A stretch of 64,000 bases of DNA from NCBI GenBank assembly GCA_030593885.1, contig JAUVGH010000002.1, forward strand, positions 21,922 to 85,921. Direction: 5' to 3'. Numbering within the stretch: position 1 is the first letter of the stretch; every line of letters starts with the position of its first letter. Position numbers and translations under genes: made by a program. The stretch is from Methanomassiliicoccales archaeon (GTDB lineage: Archaea > Thermoplasmatota > Thermoplasmata > RBG-16-68-12 > SOIM01). Of this stretch, positions 37,284-46,938 are shown piece by piece. The notes below the pieces were generated by a model. It did no database searches, was not told the origin of the DNA, and saw only the letters and a list, made by a program, of their open reading frames with translations.

Positions 37284-38975
37284 ATGGACCCGCTGACACT
37301 TCTTTTGGCCGCTTCTGTTTTTACTTTGATCGGTGTGATTGCCGGAATTGCCACCGGGCTCATTCCGGGACTGCACGTGAACAACGTGGCCCTCGCCTCA
37401 ATAGCTCTTCAGGGTTCTTTGATCTCTCTGGCGATTTTCCTCTTCGGTTGGGCCGATCCGACACTGGAAGAACTGCTGCTCATAGTCTCCACACTCATAA
37501 TCGGCAATGTTGTGACGCACACTTTCTTAGACTTCATCCCTTCCGTCTTTCTGGGCGCTCCAGAGGGTGACACAGCTCTCTCGGTGCTTCCCGGGCACAG
37601 GATGCTCTTGAAGGGACTCGGTTACGAAGCGGTGAAGCTCTCCGCATTCGGGAGCTTGATGTCGGTCTTCCTGGCCTTGTGCATGATCATCCCGCTTAGA
37701 TTGGTGATGGGGTCCCCCATATTCGCGTACGAGAAACTCCAGGGCGTGATCTTCTTCATTCTTCTGATAGTCGTGATGATGTTGGTGCTGACCGAGAGAG
37801 GGGAGAAGAAGACCTCCAGGTTGAGCAGGCCCTACCTATCATGCCACGTTCCAGATGGCATAATCCTCTCGGAAGACGAGGAATTGGAGGAACTGACAGC
37901 ATTCGAGCCAACAAGAATCGATCAGCTGAAAGGGCACATGAGTAAGGCAGTGATTGTTGACGGGGTCGTCGCAGAGCAGACAGATCAGCAGAGCTTCGTT
38001 TTGGCACAAGGTGATTCCAGTGTACGAGTCTATACGGATGGGAGAACCCAATTAGATGTGGGCGCGGAGGTTAAGGTCTTCGGGATCGTGAAAGGGAAGC
38101 TGTCATTGTTGAGCCATCTGCAGCCGAAGGTTCTTGCACTTGGAGTCTTCCTCCTCGCAGGAATCCTGGGATTCATCATTCTCGCCACTCCAGGATTCGC
38201 ACAGAACAATTGGTATCCCATTCCTCAACTCGTCATAGACAGCAGCATGGTCGCGTTCTTTCCATTGTTCACAGGGCTTTTCGGGATCTCTACGCTCCTA
38301 ATATCATTGAACGACCAACCATCCATTCCTCCCCAGGAGATAGACGGCGACCCTCCCAAGATAGAGGGCTGGAGGAAGACCAGGGCGGTGATGTCGGGCA
38401 CAGTGGCCGGAACTTTCGTTGGGTGGTTTCCGGGAATCAGTGCCGCCTCTGCAACAGTGATCGCAAAGCTCCTTGGAGGAGGTGAACCGAAGAAGGTCGA
38501 CTCCTTGGAAAGCAACAAGGAGTTCATGATAGCTATATCCGGCGTTAACACCGCAACGGGCATATTCACCATCCTAGCCCTGTTCGTCATTCTAAAGGCC
38601 AGAAGCGGCGCTATGAACGCTGTTAAACTGATGATAGGGAAGAACATAGTCCCGTGGGAACCCCTCCAGAATGTGCCTTTACAGATGTCCCTGATGCTGT
38701 TCTCGGTGCTGCTGGCTGCGATAGTCGCTTACGGTCTCACCCACGTCATGGGGAAGATGTTCGCGAGGAGGTTCTCTAGAGTCCCCTACAAGAAGCTGGT
38801 GATCGGGGTCCTGTCCTACCTGGTCATCATGATATTCCTGTTCTCGGGACCGCTAGGACTGGTGGTCGGCGGTGTGGCCACCTGTATTGGGATGATACCT
38901 CCTCTGATCGGGGTAAAAAGGGTGCACCTGATGGGTTGTTTGATACTGCCGATAATGACGTTCTTCTTGAGCTAA
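37284..38975 (+). CDS. TctA-family (DUF112) tripartite-tricarboxylate-type membrane permease, with an internal ~100-aa soluble insertion
   Basis: N-terminal 'GLIPGLHVNNVA' TctA signature and multiple TM helices. A hydrophilic insert lies around aa 190-290. Confidence 0.55.
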   Translation: MDPLTLLLAASVFTLIGVIAGIATGLIPGLHVNNVALASIALQGSLISLAIFLFGWADPTLEELLLIVSTLIIGNVVTHTFLDFIPSVFLGAPEGDTALSVLPGHRMLLKGLGYEAVKLSAFGSLMSVFLALCMIIPLRLVMGSPIFAYEKLQGVIFFILLIVVMMLVLTERGEKKTSRLSRPYLSCHVPDGIILSEDEELEELTAFEPTRIDQLKGHMSKAVIVDGVVAEQTDQQSFVLAQGDSSVRVYTDGRTQLDVGAEVKVFGIVKGKLSLLSHLQPKVLALGVFLLAGILGFIILATPGFAQNNWYPIPQLVIDSSMVAFFPLFTGLFGISTLLISLNDQPSIPPQEIDGDPPKIEGWRKTRAVMSGTVAGTFVGWFPGISAASATVIAKLLGGGEPKKVDSLESNKEFMIAISGVNTATGIFTILALFVILKARSGAMNAVKLMIGKNIVPWEPLQNVPLQMSLMLFSVLLAAIVAYGLTHVMGKMFARRFSRVPYKKLVIGVLSYLVIMIFLFSGPLGLVVGGVATCIGMIPPLIGVKRVHLMGCLILPIMTFFLS

Positions 38976-39016
38976 CTTGCATCTAACTGGAAGTCAAACA
39001 GTATTAAGTAGGGACG

Positions 39017-39412
39017 ATGGAATTCTGTGGAGCAATGCCAGTGAGAGCAACCATCAAAGTCACAGGAGACCTGTGTGACACTTCCTATCGGAGCCTTGTG
39101 CGAAGAGTTGCTCAAGATCTGAATCTCAAAGGATATGTGGAAGCAGAATCGTATGATGAAGTAAGAATAGTATGTGAGGGTGAGAAGAAGGCTGTCGAGA
39201 ATCTTTGTAGAAGAATCAGGATAAAAGACGATTCTGTGGAGGTCGAAAGCGTAAGGAAGAAGTTCGACCGTCCCAAGGGAGATTTCAAGGTATTCGAGGT
39301 GAAGGTTGGTGACGCTTTGTTTGAAGTCTTCATGGGAAATGTCACAATGCAGAAGGGGTTGAGGCGCCTAAGCCGAGCGTTCGATAGAATCATAGAAGGC
39401 GGAGAGCAGTAA
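39017..39412 (+). CDS. acyP: Acylphosphatase-like protein
   Basis: 'VRATIKVTGDL...YVEAESYDEVRIVCEGE...V..F' resembles the acylphosphatase fold signature. The start may be the internal Met at codon 7. Confidence 0.55.
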   Translation: MEFCGAMPVRATIKVTGDLCDTSYRSLVRRVAQDLNLKGYVEAESYDEVRIVCEGEKKAVENLCRRIRIKDDSVEVESVRKKFDRPKGDFKVFEVKVGDALFEVFMGNVTMQKGLRRLSRAFDRIIEGGEQ

Positions 39413-39521
39413 CTGAGAGAAAAAACCAACTTGACAGCGTGAATGGTTTGATTAGTCTGACACAAATCAATTCCATTGAATCTCTCAGAATGATGGCGCA
39501 CGTCAGCTAATTAGTCAATTA

Positions 39522-40871
39522 CTACGGAACGAGCCTAGATCTATCCCTCGGGAACAGAACAGTTTCTCTTATGTTCGATATCCCAAGCATATTCTGTATG
39601 AAACGTTCGATACCAAGACCGAACCCTCCGTGCGAGGGCATCCCGTATCTAAAAGCGTTGAGATAGAACTCGAAGTCTTCCAGTGCCAAGTTGTTCTCTT
39701 TCATCTGCTCGACCAGGACATCGTACCGATGCTCCCTCTGACCGCCCGAGACCAGTTCAAGACCGGCATAGCCAAGATCGAAATATCCCGTCAATGATGG
39801 ATCCTCAGCTTTCCTCATTGCATAGAAGGTGCCGCCCTTGATCGCAGTTGGGAAATCCGTGATGAAGTAGAAATCGATGCCGTGCCTCTCCTTCATGACC
39901 TCTCCTATGAGCTTCTCGCCGACAGTGTCCAGATCCTCTTCCGGTGACAATCCCTCACCCTTCTCCTTGAGGATGTCGACGCACTGGGCATGTGTGATTC
40001 TTCTGAATGGGATCTCAGGCGTCCCAAGGTCGATTCCCAGCAGGCCCAGCTCGAATGATGCGTTCTCCTTCACGAACGCGACGGTGTCCCTCACGAGCTC
40101 CTGGATGCAGTCCATAACGTCCTCGGACGATTTGATGAAAGCTATCTCCACATCCAGAGAAGTGAACTCCGCGATGTGTCTCACGGTGTCCGATTTCTCA
40201 GCCCTGTATGCCGGGGCGATCTCGTAGATCCTCTCGAAGCCGGTCGCCATCAGCATCTGTTTGTACAATTGTGGGCTCTGCGCCAGATAGGCGTCCGTAC
40301 CAAAGTACTGGATTGGGAAAAGTGTAGAACCGCCCTCAGCGCCGGCTGCGACAATCTTGGGGGTATGAACCTCTATGAACTTCTCCTTGCTGAAGTATCC
40401 CCTAATACCTTCGAGCAAAGCGGACCTTACTTTGAATATCGCATTGTGTTCCGGTTTTCTCAGGTCCATAAAACGGTTATCCAGCCTGGTGTCCAGATCC
40501 GCTCCCACCTTGTCGGCGACCCCTAGAGGCAGTGGGGTAGCGGCCTCGCTCAGGACCTCGAACTGTGAAGGTAGAATCTCAAAGCCGAGCTTCGCCTCCT
40601 TGTTCTCCTGGACCTTGCCTTCGACAACTATGACAGATTCCCTTGACAGCGATGTTAGCGATTTGAAAAGCTCCTCGTTCTCCTTCTTCAAAGCCGTGAC
40701 CTGAAGAACGCCATCTCTCCCCCTGAGTTGAATGAACGCGATGCCGCCAAGATTCCTTGTGTCCTCGATCCAGCCGCCCAACCTGACCGTTCCACCATAC
40801 TTGGATTCGTCTATCTCAGAAAGGTGGGTCAGCGCTCTCCATCCGTACTCCAGGGTCATCCATTGCGCCAT
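39522..40871 (-). CDS. aspS: Aspartate--tRNA ligase (archaeal/eukaryal type)
   Basis: N-terminal OB anticodon-binding domain and class II motifs ('FRAEKS', 'GGQREHR...GMPSHGGFGLGIERF'). Confidence 0.92.
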   Translation of the reverse strand: MAQWMTLEYGWRALTHLSEIDESKYGGTVRLGGWIEDTRNLGGIAFIQLRGRDGVLQVTALKKENEELFKSLTSLSRESVIVVEGKVQENKEAKLGFEILPSQFEVLSEAATPLPLGVADKVGADLDTRLDNRFMDLRKPEHNAIFKVRSALLEGIRGYFSKEKFIEVHTPKIVAAGAEGGSTLFPIQYFGTDAYLAQSPQLYKQMLMATGFERIYEIAPAYRAEKSDTVRHIAEFTSLDVEIAFIKSSEDVMDCIQELVRDTVAFVKENASFELGLLGIDLGTPEIPFRRITHAQCVDILKEKGEGLSPEEDLDTVGEKLIGEVMKERHGIDFYFITDFPTAIKGGTFYAMRKAEDPSLTGYFDLGYAGLELVSGGQREHRYDVLVEQMKENNLALEDFEFYLNAFRYGMPSHGGFGLGIERFIQNMLGISNIRETVLFPRDRSRLVP

Positions 40872-40896
40872 AGGAAAGGAGATATAAAAACTCTGA

Positions 40897-42084
40897 CTAG
40901 AGCAGGTCAGCGAACTCCTCTACCAGCTCTGGATGCTTCGCCTCGATGACCTTGAGGATGTTGTAGACGTTGAGCTTCTCCACGCCGACCTCGGCCAGCG
41001 TTGCAATGATCTTGTCGAAGGTCTCGTTGGAAAGAGTGACAAGTTTCTCCTTGGCCATCCAGTCCCGGTACAATCTCTCCTCGATCTGTGCCCTCCATCC
41101 CCTCTCGTACTCCTGAAGGCGTTCAGCTGAGAAGTCCTTCTCTTCAGCGCATTTGGCCAGGACCTCGCCTGCGACCTTGCCGGCCCTGCATGCGTTGGCG
41201 ATTCCGCCCCCGGTGATCGCGTCTATCATCCTCGCCGCGTCGCCCACCAGGATCAAGCCGTCCGTCACGGTCTGGTCAAGGGGAGCGGATATGGAAACCG
41301 CGCCACAGACCATGTCCAGGATCTTACCGTTCTTGAACCTCTCGTCGCTCTCAATGTACATGTCCAGATACTTCTTCGGGTCGCCCTTCTCCCTCACCTT
41401 GGAGAGCTGCATACCCAGGCCGACGTTGGCAGTGTCCTTGCCCTTTGGGAAGACCCAGACGTAACCGCCCGGGGCTTCAGTGCCAAGAATGAACTCGCAG
41501 TAATTGGGATCCGGATTAATGTCGGTCATCCTGTACTGGAAGCATGTGGTGATGTCCTTTGCCTTCAGTGTGGTATCTATTCCACCCCATCGACCGACCT
41601 GTGATTCGAAACCATCGGCGCCAACGACGCATCCCGCCTTGACGTCGAACCTCTTGCCCATCTGGTCCACCCGAACACCGGTGACCTTCCCGTTGTCCTT
41701 GAGGAGTCCAACCACGGTTGACTTGAGCATTATCTCGGCTCCGGCCTTGGCGGCATGCCTTGCCAGAGCCTTGTCGAACAGGTCCCTCTCTATGACAGTG
41801 CCAACCTCTTCACCGGCATGTCTCTCGTCTATGCAGAACTCGGTACCGTTCGGTGAAACGATCTTTGCGCCTTCGACCTCGTATGCGATCCATTTCTTGT
41901 CCAGAGGAATACCAACGCTCTCGATCCAGTACCTGGCGATGCCTTCGCCGCATCTCACTGGAGAGCCGATCTCCTGCCTCTTCTCGATCATCAGAACGCT
42001 CGCGCCGTTCTCGGCAGCGAACTTCGCTGTGATGCTTCCCGCCGGACCCGCGCCAACGATAACAACATCGTATTCCAGCGTCAT
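40897..42084 (-). CDS. Geranylgeranyl reductase (digeranylgeranylglycerophospholipid reductase)
   Basis: FAD-binding 'YDVVIVGAGPAGS' at the likely start Met (codon 21 of the listed ORF). GGR-family sequence throughout. 4-nt overlap with the upstream ferredoxin gene. Confidence 0.85.
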   Translation of the reverse strand: MTLEYDVVIVGAGPAGSITAKFAAENGASVLMIEKRQEIGSPVRCGEGIARYWIESVGIPLDKKWIAYEVEGAKIVSPNGTEFCIDERHAGEEVGTVIERDLFDKALARHAAKAGAEIMLKSTVVGLLKDNGKVTGVRVDQMGKRFDVKAGCVVGADGFESQVGRWGGIDTTLKAKDITTCFQYRMTDINPDPNYCEFILGTEAPGGYVWVFPKGKDTANVGLGMQLSKVREKGDPKKYLDMYIESDERFKNGKILDMVCGAVSISAPLDQTVTDGLILVGDAARMIDAITGGGIANACRAGKVAGEVLAKCAEEKDFSAERLQEYERGWRAQIEERLYRDWMAKEKLVTLSNETFDKIIATLAEVGVEKLNVYNILKVIEAKHPELVEEFADLL

Positions 42085-42305
42085 TCCGCACCCTCCGGCT
42101 TGTCTATCGCCCCGATCGGGCACACGCGAACGCACAGACCGCACCGGTTGCAGCTATCGTCAAACGTGATTATGACCTCGTTCAGGAATATCGAGTTCCT
42201 TGGGCAGGTACCCACGCACGCACCGCAGTGCATGCACAATGAGGTGTCCACCTCCATCAGACCAGAATCAGATACCGTCACTCCCATGCCTCTTCCTCCA
42301 CTCAT
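42081..42305 (-). CDS. 2x[4Fe-4S] ferredoxin, likely the GGR electron donor
   Basis: Two CxxCxxCxxxCP clusters ('CMHCGACVGTCP', 'CNRCGLCVRVCP'). Translationally coupled to GGR. Confidence 0.8.
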   Translation of the reverse strand: MSGGRGMGVTVSDSGLMEVDTSLCMHCGACVGTCPRNSIFLNEVIITFDDSCNRCGLCVRVCPIGAIDKPEGAE

Positions 42306-43893
42306 CGAGAGGTATTGAGAACTTCTTCTCCACCTCTTCCCTGTAGACGGGGCCAGTGTTGTAAGCGCAGAACGGGATTATCTTTCCGTCCGGAGTAGCA
42401 TAATGGATGGCGCATCGTTTCACCCTTTCGATGTCGTAGTTGTACAAGTCCATGAAGTGCATTGCACCGACATAGAACCATTTCCAGGCGAAATCTGCGA
42501 CGCCTGATTTATCGCCGGTGCCAAAGATCTTGATAATCGCTCTTGCGAATGAAGTAGCAGAGAGTTTTTCCGGAGCCAGTTTCTTTTTGAAATTCTTTCT
42601 GAGGATTTTGTACGCCCGTACCCTGGGGAAGTATGCCCTTTTGGATTGGTCGACCTTTTCAGCCAATTCCCACAGATCTTTCATCAGTCCTTCCACATCA
42701 ACGAATCGCGTGATAGGAACAGGATTCCCTTCATCTGGAATATACATGAATGACGCGAGGCCACAGCCTGGATGAGTTGTGAACGATACTTTCGGCTCCT
42801 CATGAATCGCTGAGACGAATTTTGAGATGGGGACAACGAACGGTACCGGAAACCAATCATCCTTCGCCAGCCAACCCACCTGTTCCTCCATTCTTTGGGC
42901 GAGATCTGACAAGGTGAACCTGAGCTTTCGCCTCTCTTCAACACTGACCCTCCCCGAAAGGGAAATCGGCTGGAAATTGACCCCCCGGATGACGTCCCTG
43001 TTCTCCAGGCCGTATCTCAATATGTCACCTATCTGGTCGTCGTTTATTCCCTGGGCCACTGTCGGCACCAGTACTATCGACGGCCGGGGTCTCGGTAGCT
43101 CCCTGATGACCTCCACGACCTTCTTTTTGACCTCCAGAAGGGGTCGTCCCCTGGCCTGGATGTAATTCTCTTCCCTGAGCCCATCGAACTGGAGATATAT
43201 GGTGTGAAGACCAGATTCCCATGCCTTTGCGGCGAACCCTGGTTCCTGAGCGAACTTGAGTCCGTTGGTTGCCACTTGGATCTGAGAGAATCCCATGTCC
43301 CTGGCCATTGCCAGTATCTTGAAGAAATCCGGATGGATCGTGGGTTCCCCGCCGGAGAACTGAACCGCATGAGCTGGCACCGGCTTCTCGTCCCTCAGGG
43401 TCTTCAACATTATGCGGACCTGTTCGAATGTGGGTTCAAAGACGTAACCAGCGTCGTTGGCGTTTGCGAAGCATATGGGACACTTCAGGTTGCATCTGTT
43501 TGTCAGGTCCACGTTGGCCAGGCAGGTGTGGGTGTAATGCAGATTGCACATCCCGCATTCGAAGGGGCAGTTTGTGGCCCCCTCAATCGCCGGGTTCTCG
43601 ATCCCCATTCCATCAAAGGAGAAGCTCTCGGCCTTCCTGTACATGTCTATGTCGGACCAGATGACGTCCTCGAACTCGCCGTGCTCGGCGCATTCCTTCT
43701 TCATCATCAGGGCGCCATCGGATTCGAAGAGAGTCGCTGTTATGATCTGTCTGCACTCCGGGCACAGTGACTGGGTCTCCCTGGGAATGCCCTTTGACCT
43801 CAGCTCGGATACGGTTGCGACTATGTCCATTCCGTTGTAGACCTTCTTAGGTATGGCTTTGTCATCTCGGGCTTTGACTTCTTCCATGCCCAT
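42268..43893 (-). CDS. Large radical SAM protein (541 aa) with N-terminal zinc-ribbon; candidate tetraether-lipid-synthase-like (Tes) enzyme
   Basis: Radical SAM 'CNLKCPIC' (CX3CX2C). N-terminal 'CPECRQ...C..HG'. Size and genomic linkage to GGR-ferredoxin suggest a lipid-modifying rSAM enzyme. The specific function is an inference. Confidence 0.7.
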   Translation of the reverse strand: MGMEEVKARDDKAIPKKVYNGMDIVATVSELRSKGIPRETQSLCPECRQIITATLFESDGALMMKKECAEHGEFEDVIWSDIDMYRKAESFSFDGMGIENPAIEGATNCPFECGMCNLHYTHTCLANVDLTNRCNLKCPICFANANDAGYVFEPTFEQVRIMLKTLRDEKPVPAHAVQFSGGEPTIHPDFFKILAMARDMGFSQIQVATNGLKFAQEPGFAAKAWESGLHTIYLQFDGLREENYIQARGRPLLEVKKKVVEVIRELPRPRPSIVLVPTVAQGINDDQIGDILRYGLENRDVIRGVNFQPISLSGRVSVEERRKLRFTLSDLAQRMEEQVGWLAKDDWFPVPFVVPISKFVSAIHEEPKVSFTTHPGCGLASFMYIPDEGNPVPITRFVDVEGLMKDLWELAEKVDQSKRAYFPRVRAYKILRKNFKKKLAPEKLSATSFARAIIKIFGTGDKSGVADFAWKWFYVGAMHFMDLYNYDIERVKRCAIHYATPDGKIIPFCAYNTGPVYREEVEKKFSIPLDEWRKRHGSDGI

Positions 43894-44008
43894 CCTCCGC
43901 TCCTTAGAATATGGCTAGATGTTTTAAACATTTTGTAGCGATAAGTGCTACAACAAATAGAACTCACATCTAGGTCGTGATTCGCAATACCGATAAGGTT
44001 TTTAGTAT

Positions 44009-45436
44009 ATGGCGTGTTCAAGAGGATTCGAGGAGAATTCCTTGCCTGACACTGTGGTCATAGGTTCAGGGCCTGGCGGTTACGTTGCCGCCATACGGTG
44101 CGCCGAGTACGGACACTCTGTCGCGGTCGTGGAGATGGGGGACATTGGGGGGGTCTGCACGAACACTGGCTGCATTCCCACCAAGACCATGCTCGAAAGC
44201 GCAAGACTCGTGAGGGAGATCAAGAGGGGGGCTAGACACGGCATAACCGTCAGCAATCTGAAGATCGATTTCACCAAGGTCATGAAGCGCAAAGAGTCAG
44301 TCGTTTCCAGAAACTCGAAGGGCATTCAATACCTCCTAGACGACAACAAGGTCGAGACCATACGAGGCAAGGCGTTCATTGTGGACCCAAACCACGTGAG
44401 AGTGGAGACCGAGGACGGTTCAAGGGAACTTGAGGCGAAGTACATCATCATAGCCACTGGATCGAAGGAGAGGCAATTGCCCAACATCCAGATGGACGGG
44501 GACAGGATACTGGGTTCGGAGCAGATGCTGACCATCAATGAGCTGCCATCCTCGCTTCTGATAATCGGTGGGGGTGCGATAGGTGTCGAGTTTGCCCAAG
44601 CGTTCACATCTTTTGGAACAAAGGTGACCATTGTCGAGCTGATGGATAGAATACTCCCCATGGAAGACCCATCGATAGGAAAGGTCATCGCCAGGGTCTT
44701 GAAAAGGCTGCATGTCGACATATTCACAGGGTCCAAGGTGGAGAGTCTGGAAACGACCAGCTCGGGTGTGCTGGCCAAGGTCTCTGGTGAATCCGACCTC
44801 GAGATCGAGGTCGAGAAGGTCCTGCTCTCTGTTGGACGAGTTCCTGCAATTGATAAAGATGTCATCGGGAAGGATGTGGAATATGACAACAGGGGGATCA
44901 AGGTCAACGAGGAGATGCAGACCTCGGTGCCCAACATCTACGCGATAGGTGATGTGACAGGAAAGGTGATGCTGGCCCATGTGGCATCCCAACAGGCAGA
45001 GGTGGCGGCGAACAACATCTGCGGGATAGAATCAAAGATGGATTACACGCTGGTTCCAAGCTGCATCTATACAAGTCCGGAGGTCGCCAGTTTTGGATTG
45101 GGGCAGGAAGATGCGGAGGAGAGATACGGGGACGTCATCGTCGGCGAGTTCCCACTCGTCAGGAGCGGAAGGGCGAGAACGTCCGGGGAGACAGAGGGCT
45201 TCGCCAAGATCATAATGAGGTCAGACACCGAGGAGATACTCGGGGCTCAGATCGTTGCTCCCAGGGCCACGGACATGGTCCAAATCCTTCTACTGGCCAA
45301 GGAGAAAGGAGTTCCGATAAGCGATATAGCCAAGATAATCTACCCCCATCCGACGTTCATTGAGATCATCAGAGAGGCCGCCTTGGAGATGAAGAAGAAG
45401 GAAAAGTGCAGGCAGAACAAGAAGAACAAACAGTGA
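44009..45436 (+). CDS. lpdA: Dihydrolipoyl dehydrogenase (pyridine nucleotide-disulfide oxidoreductase, L-protein type)
   Basis: 'GSGPGGYVAAIR' FAD motif, redox disulfide 'CTNTGCIPTK', an NAD motif, and a C-terminal dimerisation 'HPT' motif. Confidence 0.85.
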   Translation: MACSRGFEENSLPDTVVIGSGPGGYVAAIRCAEYGHSVAVVEMGDIGGVCTNTGCIPTKTMLESARLVREIKRGARHGITVSNLKIDFTKVMKRKESVVSRNSKGIQYLLDDNKVETIRGKAFIVDPNHVRVETEDGSRELEAKYIIIATGSKERQLPNIQMDGDRILGSEQMLTINELPSSLLIIGGGAIGVEFAQAFTSFGTKVTIVELMDRILPMEDPSIGKVIARVLKRLHVDIFTGSKVESLETTSSGVLAKVSGESDLEIEVEKVLLSVGRVPAIDKDVIGKDVEYDNRGIKVNEEMQTSVPNIYAIGDVTGKVMLAHVASQQAEVAANNICGIESKMDYTLVPSCIYTSPEVASFGLGQEDAEERYGDVIVGEFPLVRSGRARTSGETEGFAKIIMRSDTEEILGAQIVAPRATDMVQILLLAKEKGVPISDIAKIIYPHPTFIEIIREAALEMKKKEKCRQNKKNKQ

Positions 45437-45508
45437 TGACTTTTCGAACATTGTTACACCTCCTCAAGAAAACGTTTAATACGCGTTCAGAATTCACACA
45501 AACTGAAG

Positions 45509-46045
45509 ATGTTCGGTCTCTGGGTGGGCCGAGAATCTTCGTTGATCTCGATGAAAACCACCAAAATCGACAAAGTTCTCAGGGAGAAGTTGGGGGCCAA
45601 GGAATTCACTTCAATGCTCACGATGTGCGAGCAGTGCGGCGTGTGCAGCGGGATATGTCCCCTGTCCAAGTTGACAGATTTCAGGGTCAGAAAAATCATC
45701 TTGAGGGCTGGCCTGGGAGACAATGAGGCGATCAAGTCATCTGACCTCTGGCTATGCATGATGTGCTACGCCTGTTTGGAGAGGTGCAGAACCGGCCTGG
45801 AAATACCTGACATCATATCTGTCCTCAGAACGCTTGCCATAGAGGATGGGAATGTTCCGGACAGCACTGTGAAGGTAGCGCAGATGTTCCTGAAGACGGG
45901 ACATGCTTTCCCAATCTCAGGCTTTACGAAGAAGATGAGGAAGGAGTTGGGTCTGGAAGAGATGAAGGTGGACCCGAAGACGATGGAAGAGGTCGGGAAA
46001 CTCGCAGAGAGAACCGGCTTCAAGAAGCTGGTGGAGGGCAAATGA
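45509..46045 (+). CDS. hdrC: Heterodisulfide reductase subunit C-like (2x4Fe-4S)
   Basis: 'CEQCGVCSGICP' and 'CMMCYACLERC' motifs. Confidence 0.75.
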   Translation: MFGLWVGRESSLISMKTTKIDKVLREKLGAKEFTSMLTMCEQCGVCSGICPLSKLTDFRVRKIILRAGLGDNEAIKSSDLWLCMMCYACLERCRTGLEIPDIISVLRTLAIEDGNVPDSTVKVAQMFLKTGHAFPISGFTKKMRKELGLEEMKVDPKTMEEVGKLAERTGFKKLVEGK

Positions 46046-46884
46046 CCGACTACGCCTTCTATCCCGGATGTCTGATATCCACGAGACTTCCCTTTCTGGA
46101 AAAGAGCTCCAAATTGGTCCTGGGTGAACTTGGGGTCGGATTGACAGACCTGAAGGGCACCAACTGCTGCTTCGATCCGATCGTCCTGAAACCAATGGAG
46201 CACGAGGTATGGCTGGTCATGGCGGCAAGGACGTTGACGATAGCGGAAGAGACTGAATTGGACCTGCTGACGCTCTGCAACGGCTGCTTCTGTTCCCTCA
46301 ATGAGGCCAACCTGATACTCAAGAACGACGAGAAGAAGAAGGACAGCGTCAACGAAGCGCTCAAGGAAGTGGACAGGGAGTTCAAGGGTTCGATAGATGT
46401 CCGCCATGTTGTCCAGCTCATTCAGGACATGGGGCAGGAGAGAATCTCAGAGAAGGTCAAGAACGTTCCGAACGGGATCAAGGTCGGCGCCCATCACGGC
46501 TGCCATTTGATACGACCCAGGGAGTTCGCTCAGATAGACGACAAGAGAAGGCCCACGGTGTTGGACGACCTGGTGTCCTGGGTTGGTGTCGAAACGGTGA
46601 ATCACGCCGAGGACCTCATGTGCTGCGGAGGGGGGCTAATGGGAGTCGACGACAAGACCGGTCAGGTCATGTTGAACTCGATCCTTGACTTAATGAGAGA
46701 TGAAGGAACAACCCACATAGTAACACCCTGTCCCTACTGCTTCGTGCAGTTCGACATCAGGCAGAAGGAGAACTCCATACCGGTGCTGTACCTGCTTGAA
46801 TTGTACGGTCTTGCCATGGGATTCTCAACCGATGAGATGGGGTTCAAACACCACAGAACCAGAACCGAAGACTGGGGTTTTTGA
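46042..46884 (+). CDS. hdrB: Heterodisulfide reductase subunit B-like (CCG domains)
   Basis: CCG-domain cysteine motifs ('CNGC', 'MCCGGG', 'PCPYC'). 4-nt overlap with hdrC. Confidence 0.8.
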   Translation: MTDYAFYPGCLISTRLPFLEKSSKLVLGELGVGLTDLKGTNCCFDPIVLKPMEHEVWLVMAARTLTIAEETELDLLTLCNGCFCSLNEANLILKNDEKKKDSVNEALKEVDREFKGSIDVRHVVQLIQDMGQERISEKVKNVPNGIKVGAHHGCHLIRPREFAQIDDKRRPTVLDDLVSWVGVETVNHAEDLMCCGGGLMGVDDKTGQVMLNSILDLMRDEGTTHIVTPCPYCFVQFDIRQKENSIPVLYLLELYGLAMGFSTDEMGFKHHRTRTEDWGF

Positions 46885-46938
46885 GCATAGCCAGTCATCC
46901 AAATACATTTCCAAAGATTCTTATATCAGTGCATCCTT

